The notes under the pieces: generated by a model
Database searches by the model: none
Seen by the model: only the letters and a program-made list of their open reading frames with translations
What the model was told of the DNA's origin: nothing
Made by a program: the position numbers and the translations under genes
In this document: positions 27,660-36,206 of the stretch, piece by piece
How the letters are laid out: each line of letters begins with the position of its first letter
How positions within the stretch are numbered: the stretch's first letter is position 1
NCBI GenBank assembly: GCA_027314515.1
Contig: DAHVAR010000238.1
Location: forward strand, 6,882-70,881
DNA length: 64,000 bases
Origin: Actinomycetota bacterium
GTDB lineage: Bacteria > Actinomycetota > Actinomycetes > Streptosporangiales > Streptosporangiaceae
Reading direction: 5' to 3'

Positions 27660-28472
27660 ATGGGCGTCATGAAGCGGGTCACTATGGTCTTCCGCGCCAA
27701 GGCCAACAAGGCGCTCGACCGGATGGAAGACCCTCGCGAGACACTGGATTACTCCTACCAGACCCAGCTAGAGCTGCTGCAGAAGGTGCGTCGCGGGGTC
27801 GCCGACGTGGCAACGTCGCGCAAGCGCATTGAGCTCCAGATGAACGATCGCCAGCGGGATGCGGACAAGCTGGACCGGCAGGCCAGGGATTCGCTCGCGG
27901 CCGGCCGGGAGGACCTGGCGCGGGAAGCGCTGACCCGCAAGCAGGTGGTCAGCGGCCAGCTGGAGGATCTGCAGACCCAGTACGCCGCGCTGCAAAGCGA
28001 GGAGGAGAAGCTGACGCAGGCTTCGCAGCGCCTGCAGGCCAAGGTCGACGCGTTCCGTACCCGGAAGGAGACGATCAAGGCCAGCTACAGCGCGGCCGAG
28101 GCCCAGACCAGGATCAACGAGGCGTTCACCGGCATCTCCGAGGAAATGGGCGATGTTGGCCTGGCCATCCAGCGGGCCGAGGACAAGACCGCGCAGATGA
28201 AGGCGCGAGCCGGCGCCCTGGACGAGCTGATGGCCTCTGGCGCCCTGGACGATATGGTCAGCGGACCGCGCGACGACATCCAGGCGGAACTCGACCGGAT
28301 GGGCGCCGGCGAGGGGGTTGACCGGCAGCTTGAGCAGATGAGGGCGGAACTTGCCAGCAAGGCGCCGCGCCAGATCGAGGGCGCTCAGGCCGCGCCGAAT
28401 GGCAGCGCTGCGTCCCAGGCGGGCAGCGCGACTCCGGCCGCCGACTCGGCGCAGGCAGGTGAGCCGGAATGA
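27660..28472 (+). CDS. pspA: PspA/IM30 family protein
   Basis: MKRVTMVFRAKANKALDRMEDPRETLDYSYQ is the PspA/IM30 N-terminus, and the rest is long coiled-coil. ATG 27660 lies about 10 nt after GAGGGGA. Confidence 0.9.
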   Translation: MGVMKRVTMVFRAKANKALDRMEDPRETLDYSYQTQLELLQKVRRGVADVATSRKRIELQMNDRQRDADKLDRQARDSLAAGREDLAREALTRKQVVSGQLEDLQTQYAALQSEEEKLTQASQRLQAKVDAFRTRKETIKASYSAAEAQTRINEAFTGISEEMGDVGLAIQRAEDKTAQMKARAGALDELMASGALDDMVSGPRDDIQAELDRMGAGEGVDRQLEQMRAELASKAPRQIEGAQAAPNGSAASQAGSATPAADSAQAGEPE

Positions 28473-28747
28473 TCGTGCGCATTCTCGGCGAGGGCCAGCT
28501 CGTGCTGCCGGAGTCAGCAGCTGAGGAGCTCAACCAGCTGGACGCGGCGCTCGAGGCAGCTGTCGAGCAGGACGACGAGGGAGCATTCCGCCCGGCCCTG
28601 GCCGCGCTCGTGGCCAGGGTCCGCCAGATCGGATCGCCGGCCGAGGCGGACGAGTTGCGGCCGTCGGAACTGATCATTCCGCGGCAGGATGCGTCCATGG
28701 ACGAGGTACGCAAGCTGCTCACCGACGGCGGCCTGATTCCGGGTTAG
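28469..28747 (+). CDS. PspA-associated protein PspAA-like
   Basis: 92-aa ORF translationally coupled to pspA (ATGA overlap at 28469-28472). Sequence MIVRILGEGQLVLPE...LNQLDAALEAAVE. The family name is recalled from the literature on Psp systems. Confidence 0.65.
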   Translation: MIVRILGEGQLVLPESAAEELNQLDAALEAAVEQDDEGAFRPALAALVARVRQIGSPAEADELRPSELIIPRQDASMDEVRKLLTDGGLIPG

Positions 28748-28913
28748 CCGGGGAATGTCCGGCACAAGGGATATGCCCGGCCAGTCGGCCGGGAACGAGC
28801 GGCGCGGTCGCGCCGTTGAGCTTACGAAGTAGATGCTGAGCATGCTTTCAGCTGAGGGCACGACGTCCCGGGGCAGGGTGAGACCCTGTCCCTGGCACTG
28901 TTCAGTGTCCTGA

Positions 28914-28947
28914 GCCCGGTACTGGACGAAGCCCGGTACTGGACGAA
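28914..28947. repeat. Two perfect tandem copies of a 17-bp unit (GCCCGGTACTGGACGAA) in the htpX upstream region
   Basis: Copies at 28914-28930 and 28931-28947 are identical. Confidence 0.95.
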
Positions 28948-29023
28948 GCACTGTGCAGCATCAGATGTAATGAGGTACTAGAGCGGCTGCTGAGAGCCGC
29001 TCAGGGAAAGGGAGGCGGCGCCG

Positions 29024-29974
29024 ATGGCGCGCACTCGCTACGCGTCTGACCCCGGACTCATCGCCCGGATGGGCGCGACCATGTTCCTGCTGGGTCTGGT
29101 CTTCGTCGGCTTCGGCGTCGGCCTGGGGTACCTGATTCTGAATTACGGTCACCAAGGCGGCGGTGACAGCGCCCTGATCTTCTTTGCCGCGGTCATCGGC
29201 ATAGGCAGCGCGCTGGCTTCCTACTACTGGTCGGACAAGATCGCGCTGCGGACCTCGGGTGCCAGGCTGGTCAGCCCGAACGATGGTCCGGAAGCCGCCC
29301 GGCTGCACGCCATCGTGGACCGGCTGTGCGCGCTGGCGGACATGCCCAAGCCGCGGGTCGCCATCGCGCCCACGCAGATGCCGAACGCCTTCGCCACCGG
29401 GCGCAACAGCAAGGTGGCGGTGGTCTGCGCGACTCAGGGCATCCTGCAGAAGCTGGACAACAACGAGCTAGAGGGCGTGCTCGCGCACGAAATGTCGCAC
29501 GTGGCGCACAAGGACGTCGCGGTGATGACCATCGCCTCGTTCCTCGGCATCGTCGCGGCGCTGATGGTGCGGTTCGCGTTCTACTCCGAACTGTTCGGCG
29601 GGCGCGGCCGGAACAACAACAACCAGACCGCCCTGCTGATCATCCCGATCATGCTGCTCAGCGTCCTGGTCTACTGCATCAGCTTCCTGCTGATCAGGCT
29701 GCTGTCCAGGTACCGTGAGCTCGCCGCGGACCGGTCGGGCGCGCTGCTGACCGGCCAGCCATCCGCCCTGGCCAGCGCCCTGGTCAAGGTCACCGGCGAC
29801 ATGGGCCGCATCCCGATGAAGGACCTGCGGGCGGCCGAACCGCTGAACGCCTTCTACTTCACCCCGGCGCTGCGGCCCGGCCAGAACGGCCTAGCCGCGA
29901 TCTTCTCTACGCACCCGTCGCTCGACCGGCGGCTGGCGGAGCTTGACAAGATCGCCAAGCAGCTTGGCAGGTAG
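29024..29974 (+). CDS. htpX: Zinc metalloprotease HtpX (M48 family)
   Basis: HEMSHV zinc motif, four TM segments, and a C-terminal FSTHPSLDRR motif. The AAGGGAGG RBS lies 8 nt upstream of the ATG. Confidence 0.9.
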   Translation: MARTRYASDPGLIARMGATMFLLGLVFVGFGVGLGYLILNYGHQGGGDSALIFFAAVIGIGSALASYYWSDKIALRTSGARLVSPNDGPEAARLHAIVDRLCALADMPKPRVAIAPTQMPNAFATGRNSKVAVVCATQGILQKLDNNELEGVLAHEMSHVAHKDVAVMTIASFLGIVAALMVRFAFYSELFGGRGRNNNNQTALLIIPIMLLSVLVYCISFLLIRLLSRYRELAADRSGALLTGQPSALASALVKVTGDMGRIPMKDLRAAEPLNAFYFTPALRPGQNGLAAIFSTHPSLDRRLAELDKIAKQLGR

Positions 29975-30094
29975 CTGCGGGCATTTCAGGGACCTGGTGG
30001 ACGGGCCAGGTCACCAGACAGCCCGACCTGGCGGCCGGGCAAGCCGGGTCGGCGGCCAGCCCGTGCGGGCCGGCACACACGGGAGGTAGCGTCG

Positions 30095-30664
30095 GTGGGG
30101 TTCCTGGACACCTTGCTCGGCCGGACCAAGCCGGTCCCGCCGAACCTGGATGAGCTTTTCGCGCTGCCCGGTGCCGCGCTGACGCTGGAGGCCGGCACGG
30201 ACTTCAAGCCGACCGGCTCGGGCTCGGTATGCTTCCGGGCGGCTGAGGGCAGGGCGTTCAGCGACATTGAGAAGGACGTCCGCGAGTTGCTCAACATGGG
30301 CGGCAGCAAGCCGGTCCAGGTGACCACTGACGCCTACAAGTTCACCTGGCTGGTCTGCCAGCATTCCGCGGATGACCCCGAGGGCCTGGTGACCGACCTG
30401 CACGCGGTGAACTCATCGCTGCAGGATGGCGGCTTCGGTCCGCAGCTACTGTGCACGATCATGGCGTTCAGGGACTCCGGAGGGCGTTCGCTCGGCTTGG
30501 TCTACCTCTACAAGCGGGGAACTTTCTACCCGTTCGCGCCACTGGCCGGGCAACGGCGGGACAATGCGCTCGAGTTGCAGATCCGCGGCACGCTCGGCTC
30601 GGACCTGAAGACCGAGCCGGACCTGGCCCGGTGGATGCCGATCTGGGGCGCTCCGGGCCTGTAG
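30095..30664 (+). CDS. PspA-associated protein PspAB-like (conserved hypothetical)
   Basis: 189-aa ORF with a GTG start after the ACGGGAGG RBS. MGFLDTLLGRTKPVPPNLDELFALP... The assignment comes from memory of actinobacterial Psp neighbourhoods and is not motif-proof. Confidence 0.5.
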   Translation: MGFLDTLLGRTKPVPPNLDELFALPGAALTLEAGTDFKPTGSGSVCFRAAEGRAFSDIEKDVRELLNMGGSKPVQVTTDAYKFTWLVCQHSADDPEGLVTDLHAVNSSLQDGGFGPQLLCTIMAFRDSGGRSLGLVYLYKRGTFYPFAPLAGQRRDNALELQIRGTLGSDLKTEPDLARWMPIWGAPGL

Positions 30665-30762
30665 CGGCGGGGCCTGCGGCGGCCCCCGTGGTGCGGGCTG
30701 CCGCCGTCCGCCTGCCGGTGTCCGGGCCGGGCCGCCTGCGTCAGGCCACTGCCGCCCGCCGC

Positions 30763-31959
30763 TTACGGCAGGGCCAGCATCTGCTCAAGTGCGGCCCTCG
30801 CCTCCGCCGCGGTCCGGTCGTCGACCGTGATCTGGTTCACCACCTGCCCTGCTGCCAGGGATTCGAGCGTCCAGACCAGGTGCGGCAGGTCGATGCGGTT
30901 CATCGTCGAGCAGTAGCAGACCGTCTTGTCGAGGAATATGACCGTCTTATCCGGGTTAGCCTGGGCCAGGCGCTGTACCAGGTTCAGCTCGGTGCCGACT
31001 GCCCAGGCCGAGCCCGGCGGTGCCTGCTCGATGGTCGAGATGATTTTCTCAGTGGAGCCGACGTAATCGGCGGCCAGGACGACCTCGTGCTGGCACTCGG
31101 GATGGACGATGACGTTGACGCCCGGAATTCGCTCGCGAACTTCGCTGACGCAGCCGGGCGAGAAGCGGCCGTGCACCGAGCAGTGCCCGCGCCACAAGAT
31201 CATGGTCGCGTCGCTGATCTGCTGCTCCGTCAGGCCTCCGGTATCGCCGGGCGCGTGCGGATCCCATACGACGCAGTCGCCTGGCGCCAGGCCCAGTTCG
31301 AGTACCGCGGTATTGCGGCCCAGGTGCTGGTCGGGAAGGAAGAGGACCTTCCTGCCCCGGCCGAGCGCCCACCTCAGGGCACGGCCCGCATTGGACGACG
31401 TGCAGACCGTACCGCCGTGCCTGCCGGTGAAGGCCTTGATGTCGGCCGAGGAGTTCATGTAGGTGACCGGGATGACCTGCCCGGCGATGCCGAGATCGTC
31501 AAGCGCGTCCCAGCACTGCTCGACCTGGTTGTAGGTGGCCATGTCGGCCATCGAGCAGCCGGCCGCGAGGTCGGGCAGCACGACCGTCTGGTTCGCCGAC
31601 GTCAGGAGGTCCGCGGACTCGGCCATGAAATGGACGCCGCAGAACACCACGAACTCGGCGTCCGGCTGGGCGGCGGCCTCCCTGGCCAGCTTGAACGAGT
31701 CCCCGGTGACGTCCGCGAACTGAATCACCGCGTCCCGCTGGTAGTGGTGGCCAAGGACGACGGCCCGGTCGCCGAGTGCGTTCCTGGCCGCCCTGGCCCG
31801 CGCGACCAGAGCCGGATCGCTCGCCGGCGGAAGCTCTCCCGGGCACTCCACGCCGCGTTCGGACGCCGCGTCGGCGGCTGCGCCTAGCACGAGCAGCGGC
31901 AGCGAACGACCGGGACCGACGTCCACGGCTGACTGCAACTGGCCTGCTGATGTGCTCAT
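30763..31959 (-). CDS. nadA: Quinolinate synthase NadA
   Basis: VVLGHHYQRDAVIQFADVTGDSFKLAREAA, CGVHFMAESADLL and conserved Cys residues (CSMADM, HPEC, CYCSTM) for the 4Fe-4S cluster. Confidence 0.9.
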   Translation of the reverse strand: MSTSAGQLQSAVDVGPGRSLPLLVLGAAADAASERGVECPGELPPASDPALVARARAARNALGDRAVVLGHHYQRDAVIQFADVTGDSFKLAREAAAQPDAEFVVFCGVHFMAESADLLTSANQTVVLPDLAAGCSMADMATYNQVEQCWDALDDLGIAGQVIPVTYMNSSADIKAFTGRHGGTVCTSSNAGRALRWALGRGRKVLFLPDQHLGRNTAVLELGLAPGDCVVWDPHAPGDTGGLTEQQISDATMILWRGHCSVHGRFSPGCVSEVRERIPGVNVIVHPECQHEVVLAADYVGSTEKIISTIEQAPPGSAWAVGTELNLVQRLAQANPDKTVIFLDKTVCYCSTMNRIDLPHLVWTLESLAAGQVVNQITVDDRTAAEARAALEQMLALP

Positions 31960-32238
31960 GCGCTCCCGCCCGTCGACTTATCGTCCGAGTGACGATACCT
32001 ATCGTAGCCGACCGTCCATAGGCCCGGGTAGCCAGACTGGCAGGGCCGTCGCGCCCGCCTGCGCTGGTGACCCCGCCCGGACCACCCGGCGCGCACCGGC
32101 AGTTCGCCTGGCTGGCAAGCCTGTGGAGCCGGAATCACCGGATGAGGATTATCGTTGTCATTGCACGACGGGGTCGCGCCGACCGGGCAGCGGCCGCCCG
32201 GCACAGATCCGGGATCACCCGACGCGGGAGCTACGCAG

Positions 32239-32589
32239 ATGACAGTTCAGGACGAGACCACCGCCAAGGGCGTCGTTCTCAGCGACGCGGCAGCGGTCAA
32301 GGTGAGTAACCTGCTCCAGCAGGAGGGTCGCGATGACCTCCGGCTGCGCATCGCCGTGCAGCCTGGCGGCTGCTCCGGACTGCGCTACCAGCTGTACTTC
32401 GACGAGCGCGAGATGGACGGCGACGTCGTCAGCGAGTTCGGCACGGTACAGGTCGTGACGGACAAGATGAGCGTCCCGTATCTCAGCGGCGCCACGATCG
32501 ACTTCGTGGACACCATCGAGAAGCAGGGCTTCACGATCGACAACCCGAACGCCACCGGGTCCTGCGCCTGCGGCGATTCCTTCCACTGA
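32239..32589 (+). CDS. erpA: Iron-sulfur cluster insertion/carrier protein (ErpA/IscA/HesB family)
   Basis: LRIAVQPGGCSGLRYQLYFDE and the C-terminal GSCACGDSF motif. ATG 32239 follows the GCGGGAG RBS, and the ORF-track start at 32155 is likely too long. Confidence 0.85.
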   Translation: MTVQDETTAKGVVLSDAAAVKVSNLLQQEGRDDLRLRIAVQPGGCSGLRYQLYFDEREMDGDVVSEFGTVQVVTDKMSVPYLSGATIDFVDTIEKQGFTIDNPNATGSCACGDSFH

Positions 32590-32685
32590 TCCGCAGGGCA
32601 TCCCAGACTTCCGCCGGGCGCACGCGGGTGCGTCAGGCGGCTGTTCTGCTTGCCGGCCGTCAAGCCAGCGGAACTCGGGGGCTAA

Positions 32686-33477
32686 CTAGCCGGCGAACCA
32701 GGAGACAGCCGCAAGCGACTTCGCCAGCCGCCCGATAACCTCGTCCCGCTGCGCGAGCCGCTGGGATGGCGCTCCCTCCTCGGCCCGCACCCCGCGGTCA
32801 GCGAGCAGGTAGACCATCCGCAGCGTCCTGATGGTGTTGCTGGCATAGGGCGGCATCGGACCGGGCTCACCGGTCGCGAACTTCTGATCGACCAGCTCGA
32901 GCCAGTCCGTCGACTGAGCGATGGTGAGATGAGGCCGGGCCAGGATGAGCGCCATCGCATAGCCGAGCCGGTCATCTTCGGAATCCCGCCAGACGAACTG
33001 GGTCTCGGCGAGCATCCGCCGCACGCCCAGTTCGAGCATCCACTCGGGCCGGACTCGGGGATCCCGGCCGAGCACGCCGAGCAGGTCGGCTCCATGCGCG
33101 ACGGCATGCAGCCAGCCGAGCCGGTCATCGTAGCCGCGCAGGTCGGTCTCGGCCGGATACCAGTCCGCGAATGCGCGCGTCCACGTCTCGTCGTATGCGC
33201 CGCGCTCGATGACCCAGGCCAGCACGAGCGCCGCGAACGTCCGAGCCTGAACGCGGGGGTCGCTGAGCCGGGCAGCCATCGTGGCACCTAGCCAGTTCAG
33301 CTGGTGGTCCAGGACGCCGCGCTCGATCCACGTCGCGAGCACCGCATAAGCCGCGCCGTCGCGAATCCGCGGGTCCGAGTCGGCCAGCGCCTCGGCCAGG
33401 TCGGCAGCCAGGGCATCGACGTCGGCGTGGGCCGGGACGGCGAAGCCAGCCGCCGCTAGCTGATCCCAGTGGGTCAC
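32686..33477 (-). CDS. DUF2785-like protein (HEAT-like repeats)
   Basis: SDPRIRDGAAYAVLATWIERGVLD and the later repeat-like helices. The start is uncertain: GTG 33477 is preferred, because the ORF-track start at 33591 would leave only 13 nt to the divergent kinase gene. Confidence 0.5.
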   Translation of the reverse strand: MTHWDQLAAAGFAVPAHADVDALAADLAEALADSDPRIRDGAAYAVLATWIERGVLDHQLNWLGATMAARLSDPRVQARTFAALVLAWVIERGAYDETWTRAFADWYPAETDLRGYDDRLGWLHAVAHGADLLGVLGRDPRVRPEWMLELGVRRMLAETQFVWRDSEDDRLGYAMALILARPHLTIAQSTDWLELVDQKFATGEPGPMPPYASNTIRTLRMVYLLADRGVRAEEGAPSQRLAQRDEVIGRLAKSLAAVSWFAG

Positions 33478-33604
33478 CCAGGGGACCTTACCCGGCCAGG
33501 CCGGCGAATAGATCTCCGGCGGGTGCGCACGGTGAGCGGGGCGGGTAACCTTTGGCCCGCCAGCGGGACAGGTAATCGGCAGGGCAGACAAGACGGAGCC
33601 TCAG

Positions 33605-34570
33605 ATGCGCATTGCAGTGACCGGGTCGATCGCGACCGACCACCTGATGACCTTTCCCGGCCGGTTCGCCGAGCAGTTGCTCGCCGACAAGCTCGACAAG
33701 GTCTCGGTGTCGTTCCTCGTTGACGGCCTGGAGATCCGGCGCGGCGGCGTGGCCGCCAATATCGCCTTCGGGCTGGGCTGCCTCGGGCTGCGGCCACTGC
33801 TGGTCGGCAGTGCCGGCCGCGACTTCGCCGACTACCGTGCCTGGCTGGATGCGCACGGCGTGGACACCAGCGGAGTGGGTGAGTCGGCGGTCCTGCATAC
33901 GGCACGGTTCGTCTGCACGACCGACACCGACCTGAACCAGATCGCGTCCTTCTATCCAGGCGCGATGAACGACGACGCCAGCATGGACCTGACCGGGCTG
34001 GCGGGCCAGGTCGACCTGGTCGTGATCGGCGCCGGCAACCCTGCTGCCATGCTCAGCTTCACCAGGCAATGCCGGGCACTTGAGATACCGTTCGCCAATG
34101 ACACCTCCCAGCAGCTTGCTGTCCTTGACGGCGAGCAGATCAAGGAGCTGGTGACCGGGGCGGCGTACTTGTTCTGCAACGACTACGAAGCCTCGCTTAT
34201 CGAGCACAAGACGGGCTGGAGCGACGCTGAGCTGACCGCGCAGGTCCGCGTGCGGGTCACCACGCTCGGCGCGGACGGCGCCAGGGTGGACCTCGCGGGG
34301 CACGAGCCGTTGCTTGTCGGTCCCGTCAAGGATGTGGCCCCCGCCGACCCGACCGGCGCTGGCGACGCGTTCAGGGCCGGGTTCCTGGCCGCGGAAGCCT
34401 TCGGGCTCAGCCGGGAGCGCGCAGCCCAGCTCGGCAACCTCCTCGCCGTGCAGGCCCTGGAGACCACCGGCACCCAGGAGTACAAGCTTTCGCCTGCCGA
34501 GCTCGCCAGCCGCTGCGCGACGTCTTACGGCCAGGCGGCCGCAGCGGAGATCCTGGCGCACCTCGGCTAG
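33605..34570 (+). CDS. PfkB-family kinase, adenosine-kinase-like (Rv2202c/AdoK-like by sequence start and context)
   Basis: MRIAVTGSIATDHLMTFPGRFAEQLL...RGGVAANIAFGLG and DPTGAGDAFRAGF. Its position near ctaC matches the mycobacterial adoK locus as I recall it. Confidence 0.75.
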   Translation: MRIAVTGSIATDHLMTFPGRFAEQLLADKLDKVSVSFLVDGLEIRRGGVAANIAFGLGCLGLRPLLVGSAGRDFADYRAWLDAHGVDTSGVGESAVLHTARFVCTTDTDLNQIASFYPGAMNDDASMDLTGLAGQVDLVVIGAGNPAAMLSFTRQCRALEIPFANDTSQQLAVLDGEQIKELVTGAAYLFCNDYEASLIEHKTGWSDAELTAQVRVRVTTLGADGARVDLAGHEPLLVGPVKDVAPADPTGAGDAFRAGFLAAEAFGLSRERAAQLGNLLAVQALETTGTQEYKLSPAELASRCATSYGQAAAAEILAHLG

Positions 34571-34691
34571 CGGCCCCGCGATCGCGGCCAGCACGACCGC
34601 GCTGGCCGCGATCCGGACGGCCGGTAGTGAAACGACGCTGCGTAGTAGCCGGCCGCACCGCCGGCCGGCCGGCCGGGGTAGCGTAACGTGC

Positions 34692-35813
34692 ATGCTCGCT
34701 GCGATTGCCGTTGGTTACCATGGCCCGCCGCAGCTGACGTTCCCCCGTGCGTTCATCTCCTGGACGCTCGATCCGTGGTCGCTGGCTGTCATCGTGGTGC
34801 TCGGGGCGGCGTATCTAGCCGGAGTGCGGCGGATCCGCCGTCGCGGGGAGCCCTGGCCGGCCGGCCGCATTATCGCGTTCTGCGGTCTCGGGCTGGGCTT
34901 CGTCGTCGTCGCGACGATGTCGTCGATCGGCGTGTACTACGCCGTCCTGTTCTACATGCGGTCGGTGCAGACGATCCTGTTCCTGCTAGTCGTGCCGCTG
35001 TTCATGGCCATGGGCCGTCCGCTGACGCTGGTGATCGAGACGGTGCCGCGGTTCGGCCCCTGGCTGCAGCGGGCGATCGTGAGCAAGCCCGCCCGGCTGG
35101 CATTGTTCCCCGGGATCACGGCCTTCGTCCTCGTCCTCACTCCGTTCCTGATCTACTTCACGCCGTGGTACGCGGCCGGCTTCAGGTCGGTTCTGGTCGC
35201 GCAGCTCACCCATCTCGCGCTTGCCGTGCCCGGCTTCGTGTTCTTCTGGACGCTGCTGCGGGTCGACCCGGTGCCGAGGGCGTACCCCTATGTGGTCACG
35301 CTCTGGGTCAGCGCGGCGGAGGTGCTGGGCGATGCGTTTCTCGGCCTTGCCTGCATCGCCGACACCAGCCGCCTCGGGGGCGCGTACTACCACGCTCTCG
35401 CCCGGCCGTGGGGACCCAGCCTGGCGACGGCCCAGGTCCTGGGCGGTGGCGTGCTGTGGGTCTTCGGCGACGTGGTCGGCCTGCCGTTCCTGGCCGCTCA
35501 GCTCATCCAGATGATCCGGGAGGACGAGGCGGACGCGCAGGTGATCGACGCCGAACTGGACGCACGGGACGCGGCAGCCGTTGCGATCGCCGCCGGAGCT
35601 GGCGGTGCTGACGGTGCTGACGGTGCTGGCCGTGATGGCGGTGCTGGCTGTGCTGGCAAGGCTGCCGCGACGACCGTGTCGGCGGCGGGCGACGGACTGG
35701 CCGCAGCCGGCGAGCCGGCGCTGCCGGTCGCTCAGCGGCCCTGGTGGGAGACCGACCGGAGGTTTGCCGACCGGTTCCGTCCCGTCGACGAGCCCGGCGG
35801 CCCCGGACAGTAG
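34692..35813 (+). CDS. Cytochrome c oxidase assembly factor CtaG-like (caa3-CtaG family) polytopic membrane protein
   Basis: WTLDPWSLAVIVVLGAAYLAGVRRIRRRGEPWPAGRIIAF is the characteristic start of this family, followed by about 7 TM helices. The true start is ATG 34692, because the longer track ORF from 34314 overlaps the kinase gene. Confidence 0.7.
   Translation: MLAAIAVGYHGPPQLTFPRAFISWTLDPWSLAVIVVLGAAYLAGVRRIRRRGEPWPAGRIIAFCGLGLGFVVVATMSSIGVYYAVLFYMRSVQTILFLLVVPLFMAMGRPLTLVIETVPRFGPWLQRAIVSKPARLALFPGITAFVLVLTPFLIYFTPWYAAGFRSVLVAQLTHLALAVPGFVFFWTLLRVDPVPRAYPYVVTLWVSAAEVLGDAFLGLACIADTSRLGGAYYHALARPWGPSLATAQVLGGGVLWVFGDVVGLPFLAAQLIQMIREDEADAQVIDAELDARDAAAVAIAAGAGGADGADGAGRDGGAGCAGKAAATTVSAAGDGLAAAGEPALPVAQRPWWETDRRFADRFRPVDEPGGPGQ
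35601..35657. repeat. In-frame 9-bp periodic repeat (about 6 copies) in the C-terminal tail of the CtaG-like gene
   Basis: GGCGGTGCT GACGGTGCT GACGGTGCT GGCCGTGAT GGCGGTGCT GGCTGTGCT, encoding a GGADGADGAGRDGGAGCAG tail. Confidence 0.85.
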
Positions 35814-35821
35814 CCGTCAGG

Positions 35822-36202
35822 TCAGTAGCTGCGCCGCACCAGGAAGGACCAGCCGGCCGGCAGCGCGGCCGACCCGACGAACTCCTGCGACTTCAGCGCG
35901 CACCAGGCGGGCAGGTCTGTCTTCGCGGCGGGATCGTCGGCCAGCACCTCGACGAGCTGGCCGACTCCGACCTCACAGATCCGGTCGGCCAGCATGATGA
36001 TCGGGATCGGGCACTTCTTACCGAGCGCATCGAGGACCAGCGCCGGAGCGCACGCCAGCGGGCCGGCCGCCGGAACGGCACCTGGTTCCGGCCCGGCCGG
36101 GCGCCGGGCGGCGGGCTGCCCGGCCGAACGGGTTGCCGCTCCCGGCCGGGCGTGCGCGCCCGGCCGGCCGCCCGGACGTCCCCCGCGCTGCTGGCGGCTC
36201 AC
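35822..36202 (-). CDS. TusA/SirA-family sulfurtransferase with a long Arg/Pro/Gly-rich N-terminal extension
   Basis: LDALGKKCPIPIIML carries the CPxP active-site motif of TusA. GTG 36202 lies 6-7 nt after the GGGAGG RBS and 5 nt after the desulfurase stop. Confidence 0.8.
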   Translation of the reverse strand: MSRQQRGGRPGGRPGAHARPGAATRSAGQPAARRPAGPEPGAVPAAGPLACAPALVLDALGKKCPIPIIMLADRICEVGVGQLVEVLADDPAAKTDLPAWCALKSQEFVGSAALPAGWSFLVRRSY

Positions 36203-36206
36203 GCTC

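Noticed and set aside
30668-30687. A terminator hairpin after the PspAB-like gene (GGGGCC-TGCGGC-GGCCCC)
   Set aside because: It has only a 6-bp stem and no U-tract. Such GC palindromes occur by chance at this composition.
31960-32150. NAD+ (nadA-motif) riboswitch in the nadA leader
   Set aside because: The reverse-complemented leader shows none of the tandem-domain consensus I recall. That motif is known mainly from Acidobacteria. I reported only the TATCGT repeats as a possible protein operator.
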